DNA of 47,204 nucleotides from an uncultured bacterium (GTDB lineage Bacteria; Verrucomicrobiota; Kiritimatiellia; RFP12; UBA1067). Under the pieces are notes generated by a model. The model worked only from the letters and a program-made list of their open reading frames with translations, was not told the DNA's origin and did no database searches. The DNA is taken from the NCBI GenBank assembly GCA_902772905.1, contig CACYCL010000117.1, positions 1 to 47,204 of the forward strand, in the 5' to 3' direction. Position 1 is the first letter of the stretch; the number at the start of each line of letters is the position of its first letter. Below, one piece after another: positions 7,797 through 17,044 of this stretch. Both the position numbers and the translations under genes were made by a program.

Positions 7797-10700
7797 ATGG
7801 AAAGATCGTTGGTGTTGGCCGCGTTGTCATTGTCGGCCTTTGTGGCGAAGGCAGAACCTACGGGGCGCGAATGGGAAGACGAAACCGCCATTTGCAGCGG
7901 CAAGGAGCGTCCTTGCACGGCGTTTGCGTCGTTTGGCACGGTGGAAGAGGCGAAGGCAATCCGCCCTGAGTTCTGTGCTCGGCGACAGCTTCTCGATTCC
8001 GAGACGGAATGGCGCTTCAACTGGTGCCGCAAGCCGGAGGAACGGCCTGTGGGCTTCTACAGGCCGGACTACGACGTGTCGGGCTGGGACGTGGTCAAGG
8101 TGCCGTGTTCATGGCAGGCCATCGGCATAAACGCGGCGCGCAAGCCTTATGACCGCCCTTACTACCTCAACCAGCATTGGCCGTTCGTTCCGAAGTTCCC
8201 GGACAACACGAACTGCTGGCCGCGTGTGAGGGGCCACAAGCTGCCCGAGAGCTTCACGCTCAAGAACGACGAGAACCCCGTCGGCAGCTACCGGCGCGAC
8301 TTCGACATACCGTCTGACTGGGCTGGCGACGAGATATTCCTTGAGTTCGGCGCGGTCGATTCGTTTTTCTACCTCTGGCTGAACGGCGAATACGTCGGCT
8401 TTTCCAAGTCAAGCCGCGACCCGGCGCGCTTCAACGTTACGAAGTGGGCAAAGACCGGGCGCAACACCGTGGCGCTGGAGGTTTACAGGTTCTCCGACGG
8501 CAGCTACCTTGAGGCGCAGGACATGTTCCTGCTTTCTGGCATCACGCGCAGCGTGTGGGCGTTTCATGTTCCCAAGACGCACATCCGCGATGTCGCATTC
8601 ACGACGAAACCGGTCAAGAAGGGAGCGTACGACGGCGACTGGAAGCTTGACCTCAAGACTGACGTCGCAGGCGGGAGCGCAGACGTGAGGGCGCATGTCT
8701 TCGACGAGGATGGCAGGGAGGTCCAAAGCGACGGTTTGGTGTTTCGCTCGCCAAAGCTGTGGAGCGCGGAATGCCCGAATCTCTACACGCTCGTCCTGGA
8801 ACTAGTGCAGAACGGCAGGACGCTTGAGGCCGCAGGCTTCCAGCTGGGCTTCCGAGAAGTCGAGATTCGCGACGCTGCCGACCAGCGCGACCGCACGTTC
8901 CTGCTCAACGGCAAGCCGATAAAGATGCGCGGCGCGAACCGCCACGAGACGTCTCCGGTCTACGGCCACTACACGCCAGACGAGCTTATCGAACTTGATG
9001 TAAAGATGCTGAAGCGGGCGAACTGCAACCACGTTCGCAACTCGCACTACCCGCAGCCCGACTACTTCTACTACCTTTGCAACAAGTACGGCATATACGT
9101 CATGGACGAAGCCAACATCGAGTCTCACGGCTTCTTCTACGGCAAGGAGTCCATTTCGCACTTCAAGAGCTGGGAGGCCGCGCACGTATACCGCGCGATG
9201 AACATGGTCGAGCGCAACAAGTGCCATCCATCGGTCGTGATCTGGTCGCTGGGAAACGAGGCAGGCCCTGGCGACAACTTCAAGGCGTGCGTCGCTGCGA
9301 TAAAGGCCCGCGACACGTCGCGCCCAGTTCAGTACGAGCGCAACAACTGGATAACCGACATGGGCTCGCGGCAGTATCCTTCCGTCGACTGGGTGTGGAA
9401 GTGCGCGCAGGGCGGCGACGGGCTTTCCGCCATGCCGGCCGACAGGCCGCTCAAGTATCCGTTCCACATCAACGAGTACGCCCACAACATGGGCAACGCG
9501 ATGGGCAACCTGAAAGACTACCAGGACGCGATAGAATCGACCACGCGAATCATGGGCGCGGCGATCTGGGACTGGGTCGACCAGGGGCTTTACAAGAATG
9601 CAGAATGCAGCATTCTGGCCTATGGCGGCGACTTCGGCGACCGCCCGACTGCAGGCGCCTTCGTGATGAACGGCTGCGTACTCTCGGATCGTACGCCGGA
9701 GCCGGGGTACTGGGAGATAAAGCACGTGTTCCAGCCAATCGTGGCAGAGAAGGGAGCGGACGGCAAGTCGATCAAGGTCACGAACCGCCACTACTTCCGC
9801 GACCTCTCCGCCTACGACTGCACGCTCGTCCACGTCGTCGACGGACGCGAGGTGTCGAGGCGCACTGTTGACGTAAGCCTGGCGCCGCGCGCCGAGACGG
9901 CCATTCCCGTCGCCGATGCGACAGGCTCATATCGCATTCTGTTCGCGCAGAAGTGCGACGAGGGCTTCTGGCCCAGGGGCTGGGTGATCGCAGACGACCA
10001 GATAGACTTCACCGCGCCGGCCGTCTGCCAGACGGCGAATGGCAGGCTTGAGTTCGGCTTTTCGCCGGAGACAGGCGAACTTGTGTCTGTAAAATCTGGC
10101 AGACTGTTCAAGACCGAGCTTCTGAAGGAGCCGCTTACCATCGACATTTGGCGTGCGCCGTCGCAGAACGAGTACAATCGCGAGAAGGTCATTTGGGAGA
10201 GATGCGGCTTCAGCAGGCCGGTGCGTCGGCTTGTGTCGTTTGCCGACAGGACCGGGGCGGACGGAGTGCGGCGTGTGAAGAGCGTCGTGGATTATTCCGT
10301 GACAGGCACGGTTTTCAGAGTGGAGAGCGACTGGGTCATAGCTGACGGGGCGGCGAAGGTAAAGGCCGTGTTTACGCAGTCGGGCGAGAGGAAGGAGCCT
10401 GCGCACATCGGCTTCAGGACAGTGCTGCGCGGGCGGTCGATGCCAGTCGAGTGGCTTGGGCGTGGTCCGTTCGAGAACTACGCCGACCGCATGAGCGGCG
10501 CATTCCTTGGGCTGTGGAGGCTGAATTCCGACGATTTCTTCTTTCCGTACGACGTTCCGCAGGACTGCGGCAACCGCGAGGGAACGTACCGCGTGACGCT
10601 TTCGCCGGGGGTCTTCGACGATCTCACGGTAGAGTCAGCAACGCCGTTCGCGTTCGAGGTCAACCCTTACGCGCCCGAAGTGCTTGTCAAGTACGCTCAC

Positions 10701-10847
10701 CCTGCGGAGCTGCCGCAGAGCGACGGAACGTATTTCGGAGTGTTTGCGAAGAGCCGCGGGCTTGGTGGAAACTCCTGCGGGCCTCTGCCGCTTGCGCGCG
10801 ACATCGTGGCTGAAGGACCGTACACCCTGGAGCTTACTATACGCTAA
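7797..10847 (+). CDS. lacZ: secreted GH2 beta-galactosidase (LacZ-like)
   Basis: AAGGAGG RBS before ATG 7797. Signal peptide MERSLVLAALSLSAFVAKAEP. LacZ hallmarks: NHVRNSHYPQ, VMDEANIESHG, WSLGNEAG, INEYAHNMGN, FVMNGCVLSDRTPEPGYWEIKHVFQP, and the C-terminal small-chain domain WLGRGPFENYADR. The upstream part of ORF 7563.. overlaps the previous gene and is not coding. Confidence 0.93.
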   Translation: MERSLVLAALSLSAFVAKAEPTGREWEDETAICSGKERPCTAFASFGTVEEAKAIRPEFCARRQLLDSETEWRFNWCRKPEERPVGFYRPDYDVSGWDVVKVPCSWQAIGINAARKPYDRPYYLNQHWPFVPKFPDNTNCWPRVRGHKLPESFTLKNDENPVGSYRRDFDIPSDWAGDEIFLEFGAVDSFFYLWLNGEYVGFSKSSRDPARFNVTKWAKTGRNTVALEVYRFSDGSYLEAQDMFLLSGITRSVWAFHVPKTHIRDVAFTTKPVKKGAYDGDWKLDLKTDVAGGSADVRAHVFDEDGREVQSDGLVFRSPKLWSAECPNLYTLVLELVQNGRTLEAAGFQLGFREVEIRDAADQRDRTFLLNGKPIKMRGANRHETSPVYGHYTPDELIELDVKMLKRANCNHVRNSHYPQPDYFYYLCNKYGIYVMDEANIESHGFFYGKESISHFKSWEAAHVYRAMNMVERNKCHPSVVIWSLGNEAGPGDNFKACVAAIKARDTSRPVQYERNNWITDMGSRQYPSVDWVWKCAQGGDGLSAMPADRPLKYPFHINEYAHNMGNAMGNLKDYQDAIESTTRIMGAAIWDWVDQGLYKNAECSILAYGGDFGDRPTAGAFVMNGCVLSDRTPEPGYWEIKHVFQPIVAEKGADGKSIKVTNRHYFRDLSAYDCTLVHVVDGREVSRRTVDVSLAPRAETAIPVADATGSYRILFAQKCDEGFWPRGWVIADDQIDFTAPAVCQTANGRLEFGFSPETGELVSVKSGRLFKTELLKEPLTIDIWRAPSQNEYNREKVIWERCGFSRPVRRLVSFADRTGADGVRRVKSVVDYSVTGTVFRVESDWVIADGAAKVKAVFTQSGERKEPAHIGFRTVLRGRSMPVEWLGRGPFENYADRMSGAFLGLWRLNSDDFFFPYDVPQDCGNREGTYRVTLSPGVFDDLTVESATPFAFEVNPYAPEVLVKYAHPAELPQSDGTYFGVFAKSRGLGGNSCGPLPLARDIVAEGPYTLELTIR

Positions 10848-10857
10848 GGCGGAAATT

Positions 10858-10866
10858 TGCTATAAT
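10858..10866 (+). promoter_or_regulatory. extended -10 promoter element TGcTATAATTC upstream of gpmI
   Basis: TG at 10858-10859 and TATAAT at 10861-10866, followed by TC as in the two modules at 24808 and 28749. No good -35. Confidence 0.4.
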
Positions 10867-10899
10867 TCACCACATTGCCGCAGTGCGTCGGCAGGTTCA

Positions 10900-12519
10900 A
10901 TGTCAAAAACAAGAGTGGAGCAGAAAAACAAGATGAGACCTGTAGTTTTCATCATACGTGATGGATGGGGCGTAAACCCTCGCAAGGATGGTAACTCCGT
11001 GTATGGGGCGAAGACGCCCGTAATCGACCAGATCAGGGCCAGGTATCCCCATTGCCTGCTGGATTGCTGCGGAGAGGCTGTCGGCCTTCCCGATGGTTAT
11101 CAGGGCAGTTCGGAGGTCGGTCACCTCAACATGGGCGCGGGGCGCATCGTCGTGCAGGAGCTCAAGCGCATCGACGACGGGCTTTCTTCTGGCGAGCTCT
11201 TCAAGAGCCCGAAATGGCAGAGTCTCATAGCGCAGTGGAAGAAGAACAACTCGCAGTTCCACTTCTTCGGGCTGCTTCAGGACGAAGGCGTCCACGCCCA
11301 TCAGGAGCATCTCTTCAAGCTCATGAAGCGGGCGCGCCAGGAGTTTCCGGAAGGGCGCATAGTGGTGCATCCATTCCTGGACGGGCGCGACACGCCGCCC
11401 AGGTCTACGCTTGAGTACATAGCGCGCCTCAAGGCCGAGCTCGCCGCAGTCGGCAACGCCACGATTGGCACGGCCATGGGCCGCTACTATGGCATGGACC
11501 GCGTGAAGAACTGGAAGCTCACGAGCGAGGCTTACGACTGCATCGTGTCGTGCGCTGGCAAGAAGGCTGCCACGGTCGAGGAGGCCGTGAAGGCCGAGTA
11601 CGACACCGGCAAGACTCCCGACGGAACGCCCATGACGGACGAATACATACCGTGCTACGTGATCGGCGGCTACGCAGGCATGAAGGACGGCGACGTGGTG
11701 ATGCACACCAACTATCGCCAGGATCGCGCCATACAGCTCACGCAGGCGTTCGTGGCAGATGACTATCCGGGCGAGCGCTCGGCGCGCCCGAAGGTTGCGT
11801 TCCTCGGCTTCACGCGCTACTGGGACGAGTTCGAAGACTATCTGCTCGGCGCGATGGGCGCGGGCGGCGGCATGGACAATCTTCTCGGCGAAGTCGTCTC
11901 GAAGGCTGGAATCCGCCAGCTCCGCCTTGCGGAGACGCAGAAGTTTCGCCATGTCACGAGCTTCTTCAACGGCAAGTCAACCACGCCGAGCGAAGGCGAG
12001 GACCAGGTGGAGGTCAAGTCGCGCTTCGATCCGGCCACGTTCGCCTCGCATCCCGAAATGGATGCGTACAACGTGACGGACGAGCTTCTGAAGCGTCTCG
12101 ACGACAATCCATACGGCTTCATCGTCGTCAACTACGCGAACTGCGACATGGTGGGGCACACAGGCGACCAGGCGGCGGCCACCAAGGCCGTGGAGGTCAC
12201 GGACGAGTGCATAGGGAAGATCCTCCCGCGGCTCCTTGAGCTTGACGCCCACGTGCTCATCTTTGCGGACCACGGCAACGCCGAACAGATGGTCGACTAC
12301 AAGAGCGGCCTCGCCAAGACGTCGCACACGCTCAACCTAGTGGACTGCTTCTACGTCGCGAACGACGCGGCGGGCGTGAGGCTCACGCCGCTTGCGAAGC
12401 TCTCTGCGGTTGCGCCGACCGCGCTCCAGATGCTCGGCATCCCCGTTCCTCCGGAGATGACGACTCCGTCGCTTCTCGCTGGCAAGGAACCGTGGTCGCA
12501 GACGGCGCTCGCCGTCTGA
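10900..12519 (+). CDS. gpmI: 2,3-bisphosphoglycerate-independent phosphoglycerate mutase
   Basis: RDGWG, SEVGHLNMGAGRIV, GLLQDEGVHAH, LDGRDTPP, NYANCDMVGHTG, ADHGNAE motifs. Start 10900 (MSKTRV...) or 10933 (MRPVVF...). Confidence 0.92.
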   Translation: MSKTRVEQKNKMRPVVFIIRDGWGVNPRKDGNSVYGAKTPVIDQIRARYPHCLLDCCGEAVGLPDGYQGSSEVGHLNMGAGRIVVQELKRIDDGLSSGELFKSPKWQSLIAQWKKNNSQFHFFGLLQDEGVHAHQEHLFKLMKRARQEFPEGRIVVHPFLDGRDTPPRSTLEYIARLKAELAAVGNATIGTAMGRYYGMDRVKNWKLTSEAYDCIVSCAGKKAATVEEAVKAEYDTGKTPDGTPMTDEYIPCYVIGGYAGMKDGDVVMHTNYRQDRAIQLTQAFVADDYPGERSARPKVAFLGFTRYWDEFEDYLLGAMGAGGGMDNLLGEVVSKAGIRQLRLAETQKFRHVTSFFNGKSTTPSEGEDQVEVKSRFDPATFASHPEMDAYNVTDELLKRLDDNPYGFIVVNYANCDMVGHTGDQAAATKAVEVTDECIGKILPRLLELDAHVLIFADHGNAEQMVDYKSGLAKTSHTLNLVDCFYVANDAAGVRLTPLAKLSAVAPTALQMLGIPVPPEMTTPSLLAGKEPWSQTALAV

Positions 12520-12557
12520 TGGCGGCATAAAACGCTCAATGGCATGGAGGCAGGGAA

Positions 12558-13058
12558 ATGAACGACATAACATTTGAACAGGCGTGGAGCTATGGCGGCC
12601 CGTTGATGTGGGTGCTGGCCGGGCTCTCTGTTTTCGCGCTCGCGGTGTTTCTTTACCTCTGGGTGGCGCAGGCCAGGTGGCTGTTCCTGCCTGGCGCGCT
12701 CAAGCGGATAAGCGCGGCGCGCGACCGCGAGGCCGAGGGGCGTCGCATCGCCGCGCGCGCTTTCGCCGCAGTCGACTGGCTTTCCGACGTCGCGGCGATT
12801 GCGCCGCTCGTCGGGCTGCTTGGAACCGTGCTCGGCATGTTCCAGGCTTTCGGCGGCATCGCGGCCGACGTCTCGGCCGGCGCCAAGCCGGTCGTCCTTG
12901 CGCAGGGCGTGTCGCAGGCCATCGTGACCACGATCTTCGGACTGATAGTGGCCATTCCGTGCCTCGTGTGCCAGGCGTTCATGCGCCGTCGCGCCTCGAA
13001 GCGCGTTTCCGAGCTTGAGGAGGCGGTGGAGCAGATAACAGGCGGGGGAAGGCTGTGA
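12558..13058 (+). CDS. exbB: MotA/TolQ/ExbB-family proton channel protein (short form)
   Basis: Three predicted TM helices. PLVGLLGTVLGMFQAF and AQGVSQAIVTTIFGLIVAIPCLV match the ExbB/TolQ signature. GGAGGCAGGG RBS upstream. Confidence 0.85.
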   Translation: MNDITFEQAWSYGGPLMWVLAGLSVFALAVFLYLWVAQARWLFLPGALKRISAARDREAEGRRIAARAFAAVDWLSDVAAIAPLVGLLGTVLGMFQAFGGIAADVSAGAKPVVLAQGVSQAIVTTIFGLIVAIPCLVCQAFMRRRASKRVSELEEAVEQITGGGRL

Positions 13059-13480
13059 CGTTCGCGCCGGAGAGCAAGTCGCGCGCGCCGGCGCTCGCCC
13101 TGACGTCGATGCTTGACGTCATATTCCTGCTGCTCTGCTTTTTCGTCACGGTTAGCGTGTTCTCGCAGTGGGAGAGCGAGATCTCGATACGCCTGCCCAA
13201 TGCGAAGACCGCCGAGGCACCCGAGCGGCTGCCTGGCGAAATCATAGTAAACCTCGCAAAAGACGGCTCTGTCAAGGTGAACGGCGCTGACATGACGCTT
13301 GCCGACCTGCAGACGCGCCTTGCGAGGATATCCAAGTTCTATCCGGGGCAGCCGGTCATAATACGCGCCGACAAGGAAACCAAGTACGACCACCTTGTCA
13401 GCGTCATCGACGCGTGCAGGGCGGGCGATGTGTGGAACTTCTCGCTGGCCACGCGCAACGACGCGGAGGCGTCAAAGTGA
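13055..13480 (+). CDS. exbD: ExbD/TolR-family biopolymer transport protein
   Basis: GTG start overlaps the exbB stop (GTGA). N-terminal TM LTSMLDVIFLLLCFF with the conserved Asp. Periplasmic domain VIIRADKETKYDHLVSVIDACRAGDV. Confidence 0.85.
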   Translation: MTFAPESKSRAPALALTSMLDVIFLLLCFFVTVSVFSQWESEISIRLPNAKTAEAPERLPGEIIVNLAKDGSVKVNGADMTLADLQTRLARISKFYPGQPVIIRADKETKYDHLVSVIDACRAGDVWNFSLATRNDAEASK

Positions 13481-15375
13481 TGGTTCTGGCGGCAGCTTTT
13501 GCGGCCGCGCTTGCGGTCACGCCGTCCGACAGGCTGGCCATGGCCGATCGTCTGTTCAACCGCGGCGACTTCAAGACGGCGCGGGAGGAGTACGTGGCCC
13601 TGCGCGGCGAGAAGTCAATCGACGCGGCGGAGCTTGGGTACCGCCTCGCTGCCAGCGCGCGCGCGCTGAAGGACGACGCGGCGACGCGCGCGGACGCCGA
13701 GGCGTTTCTCGCCGCGAATCCAGGGCACAAGCTTGCCGACTCCGTGCGGCTCATGAAGGCCATGGCCGGCACGGACGCCGAGCGCAGGGCGGAACTGCCG
13801 CTTCTCGATCGCGACGACGTCGCTCCGGCGGTGCGCGCCGAGGCGCTTGTTCGACTGGCGCAGGCTACAGGCGACGCCGCGCTGTATTCGCGTGCGCTCA
13901 GGGTCGACCCGAAGGGCCGCTTTGCGTCTTACGCGCGCCTTATGCACGCGATGCAGCTTCACGGCAGCAAAGACGAGAAGGAACGCAGGCTTGCCGTGCA
14001 GGAGCTAATGGAGCTGGTGTACGGCAGCGACACGCAGTACGCCCGCGACGCGCTGTTCCTTGCGTCTACGTACAGCTATGCCGAGGGAAAGTACGGCGAG
14101 TGCGCAACGCTCCTAAGGCGCTATGCGCAGAAGTACCCCGGAGACGCGCGCGCCAAGGACGTGCGCCGCATGCAGGCCCTTAGCGACCTCATGGCCGGCA
14201 AGTACGCTGCGGCTGCCGCGTTCTGCACCGACGATTCCGACGAAACGCTCCTTTACGTCAAAGCGACTGCCAGCGACCGCCTAGGAAACCGCTCCGGCGC
14301 AGTTGCATGCGCAGGAAGGTATCTGGACAGCTTTCCGCAGGGTTCGTACAGGCCCGCCATGGAACTCATGCTCGCCCGCGCCGAGTTCGACGAGGCCGTC
14401 AAGACAAACGGACTTGCGCTGGCGGTGGCGGCAGGAAAGCGCACGGTGGCGCTTTCGAAAGGCAAGAACGCGGCGGACAGGCTGCGGCTCGGCTGGGCTT
14501 ACGAGAAGGCGGGGGAGTCGGAGCTGGCGGACGCGGAGTACGCCGGCATAGCGAAGGACTTCCCGAAGAGCGATGCGGCGGCAGACGCGCTCTACCGCAG
14601 GGCGATGGCGCAGCTGCGCAAAGAGAAGTGGGCGGCGGCGGAGCTTTCGCTTGCGGAGGCCATATCGTCCGGCCGCCTCGCCGCAGATCGCGCCGCTCTT
14701 GCCTGGTATTGGCGTGGAATAGCTGCTATGCGCGTCGGGCATGAAATCGAGGGCGTGGAGTTCCTCAGGAAGGCGCTTGACGGCGGCATCCCCCTGGACG
14801 AGTCGCGCGAGGCGAGGCTCATAATCGCCGACGCGGACTTCAACGCCGGCCATCGCGAAGAGGCCGTGAGGGCCTATTCGGAGCTTGTCCGCCAGGGGGC
14901 GCTTGCCCGAATGAGCGCGGCGAAGACGCTTGCCGTCGGCAGGCTCCTTTCCGGCGAGGAGGCCAAGATGTGCGCAAAGGCCCTTGCCGAGAACGAATCT
15001 GCGGAATGGAGACAGGCAGGGTGGGCGCTCATGGGCGATGTGGCCGAGGCGGAAGAGAATTATGTCGTTGCCGGCGATGCGTACGAAAAGTGCCTTGCCG
15101 AGAAGTGCTCGACGGAGGCTGCGGCCTCTGCGGCGGTGAAGCTTGGCGGCTACATGCTGCGTGACGGCCGTCCTCGCGAAGCCGAGGCTGCATACAAGCG
15201 CGCCGTCGAGCTGAACGCGTCAAACGACGAGGCGCGCGCGGCGGCGTATCTCGGGCTTGCGAAGGCGGCGCGCGCCCGCGACGACGAAGAAGCAGTGCGC
15301 GGCTACGCCACGGTGGTCGTTACCCTGTTCGAGAGGACCTCTTCTGCGGCAGAGGCCAAGGAGCTGCTTAAATGA
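13480..15375 (+). CDS. TPR-repeat protein with N-terminal signal or anchor
   Basis: ATG overlaps the exbD stop (ATGA). Ala/Leu/Arg/Tyr-rich helical repeats throughout (e.g. ADRLFNRGDFKTAREEY, AEAAYKRAVELNASNDEARAAAYLGLA). The first 22 codons of ORF 13414.. overlap exbD and are discounted. Confidence 0.7.
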   Translation: MVLAAAFAAALAVTPSDRLAMADRLFNRGDFKTAREEYVALRGEKSIDAAELGYRLAASARALKDDAATRADAEAFLAANPGHKLADSVRLMKAMAGTDAERRAELPLLDRDDVAPAVRAEALVRLAQATGDAALYSRALRVDPKGRFASYARLMHAMQLHGSKDEKERRLAVQELMELVYGSDTQYARDALFLASTYSYAEGKYGECATLLRRYAQKYPGDARAKDVRRMQALSDLMAGKYAAAAAFCTDDSDETLLYVKATASDRLGNRSGAVACAGRYLDSFPQGSYRPAMELMLARAEFDEAVKTNGLALAVAAGKRTVALSKGKNAADRLRLGWAYEKAGESELADAEYAGIAKDFPKSDAAADALYRRAMAQLRKEKWAAAELSLAEAISSGRLAADRAALAWYWRGIAAMRVGHEIEGVEFLRKALDGGIPLDESREARLIIADADFNAGHREEAVRAYSELVRQGALARMSAAKTLAVGRLLSGEEAKMCAKALAENESAEWRQAGWALMGDVAEAEENYVVAGDAYEKCLAEKCSTEAAASAAVKLGGYMLRDGRPREAEAAYKRAVELNASNDEARAAAYLGLAKAARARDDEEAVRGYATVVVTLFERTSSAAEAKELLK

Positions 15376-17015
15376 CGAGGGAGGCACGCAACGACATAAT
15401 CATTTGCGCGCTTGTCGTTTCGCTTGCCGTGCACGTGGCTGCCATGTTCTGGGTGCGCCCGAAGGTTATGACCACTGTCGCGGCGGGCGCGGCGCGTGTT
15501 GCTCGCAGAGGGCCGATGCAGGTGGCGAAGGCCACAGAGCGCCCAGAGCCGGTCAAGATCGACATAATCAAGGACGTAAAAGCCGAGAAGGATGCCCCCG
15601 AGGTGGCACCCATCGTCACGGTGGCTCCGGTTTCAGACGTTGTGGAACCGCCGACTGCGACGGATGTGAAGATACCGGAGCTGTCTGCGCCGGAGGTCAT
15701 AACGCGGCTTGCCGCAGACGACGCTGCTACTCCAATGCCAGAGGCGGAACGCGACGTTCCTGCGCCAAGAGAAGCTCCGAGAATGCCGTCCGATGCGGTC
15801 TCGATGGCGAATCCGGGTAGCATTGACACGTTTGCGCTCTCACCGGTTTTCGACCTGCCCACGGCTCCTGCGTTCGATGCGCCAGACATCGAGGCCGCAG
15901 GGCCTCGTGACGAGCCTGTGCCGCGAATCGGCGATGTGGTCAAGGCGGCGGACGATGGGCGGCAGAACGCCGAGGGCAAAAAGGCAGAGAAGAAGTTCGA
16001 ACCTGCGGCTGAGGTCATGCCGGAGGTGGACGAGAAGGTTGTAGAGCAGGAGAAAGCCGCAGTGCGCGGACTTGTGGACGTGGAAGACGCGAACGAGCTT
16101 GTGAAGCATGTCTCGACGGTCGTTTCGTCTACAACTGACGGCGAATGGACTTATTTCCGGCTGCGCATCATGCCAAAGAAGAGCCTCCAGGTAGTGCCAA
16201 AAGATGTTGTCGTTCTAATTGACGCCTCTGGATCGATCGGCAAAGACAGGATGCGGTCAATCCGGGCGGCGGCAAAGCAGATACTTAGATCGGCCACGAA
16301 CACCGGCGACAGGTTCAATCTAGTTGCGTTTCGAGACCGCTTTTCCTACGCATTTCGCCGCTGGCAGGAGTGCACCGTTGAGTCGTTTGACAGTTCCGAC
16401 AAGTGGCTTGACAGGGTTGTGCCACATGGCCGGACGGACGTTTTCGCGACAATAGCCTCTGTGCTAACCCTGCCGCGAGACCCGACGCGTCCGCTGATAG
16501 CGCTTGTCGTCACTGACGGCGACGCGAATGCGGGCGTGAGCGACACCGCCGAGATACTTTCGAAGTTCACGGCTCTGAACGATGGGCTCGTTTCCGTGTA
16601 CATGTACGGGGTCAAGTCTTCGGCCAACCGCGAGCTGATCGATGTGCTGACGCGCGGCAATCGGGGCGAGAGCTTCATATTCGACGGCTGGCGGTGGAGC
16701 GCCGGGAGCGGGATAGAGGGCCTCTCGGAGCGATTCCGCGATCCCGTGCTGAGCGACATCAAGATAGTGTTTTCGTCGGCAACGGCAGCCGAGGCCTATC
16801 CTCGCCGCTTGAAGAACCTCTACCGTGGAGAGACCCTGGAGGTATCCGGGCGTGTTCCCGCGAGAACTGCCGAAGTCGCTTTCTCGATGAAGGGGCTGAA
16901 TGGCGCGAAGGCGTACGAAGGGTTCTTCAGGCTTTCACTTGCTTCCGCTGCGGCTGACAACGAGGCGGCGGCGGCATGGCATGGCGAACGGGCGATAGAC
17001 AGCCGTCTGCGTTGA
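15372..17015 (+). CDS. membrane-anchored VWA-domain protein with TonB-like N-terminal helix and Pro/Ala/Glu-rich linker
   Basis: ATG overlaps the TPR stop (ATGA). TM IIICALVVSLAVHVAAMFWV contains S-x3-H. About 200 aa of low-complexity P/A/E/V linker. VWA MIDAS elements LIDASGSIG, GRTDV, VVTDGDAN. Confidence 0.8.
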   Translation: MTREARNDIIICALVVSLAVHVAAMFWVRPKVMTTVAAGAARVARRGPMQVAKATERPEPVKIDIIKDVKAEKDAPEVAPIVTVAPVSDVVEPPTATDVKIPELSAPEVITRLAADDAATPMPEAERDVPAPREAPRMPSDAVSMANPGSIDTFALSPVFDLPTAPAFDAPDIEAAGPRDEPVPRIGDVVKAADDGRQNAEGKKAEKKFEPAAEVMPEVDEKVVEQEKAAVRGLVDVEDANELVKHVSTVVSSTTDGEWTYFRLRIMPKKSLQVVPKDVVVLIDASGSIGKDRMRSIRAAAKQILRSATNTGDRFNLVAFRDRFSYAFRRWQECTVESFDSSDKWLDRVVPHGRTDVFATIASVLTLPRDPTRPLIALVVTDGDANAGVSDTAEILSKFTALNDGLVSVYMYGVKSSANRELIDVLTRGNRGESFIFDGWRWSAGSGIEGLSERFRDPVLSDIKIVFSSATAAEAYPRRLKNLYRGETLEVSGRVPARTAEVAFSMKGLNGAKAYEGFFRLSLASAAADNEAAAAWHGERAIDSRLR

Positions 17016-17044
17016 CTTGGCATAGGGAATGGATGGGGCACACA

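Noticed and set aside
13395-14183. 262-aa + strand ORF in an alternative frame over the TPR gene. Similar Arg/Gly-rich alternative-frame ORFs occur at 4416..5102, 6226..6834, 9077..9871 and 15257..15820.
   Set aside because: They have extreme Arg/Gly/Ala composition with no motifs, and they overlap better-supported genes in another frame.
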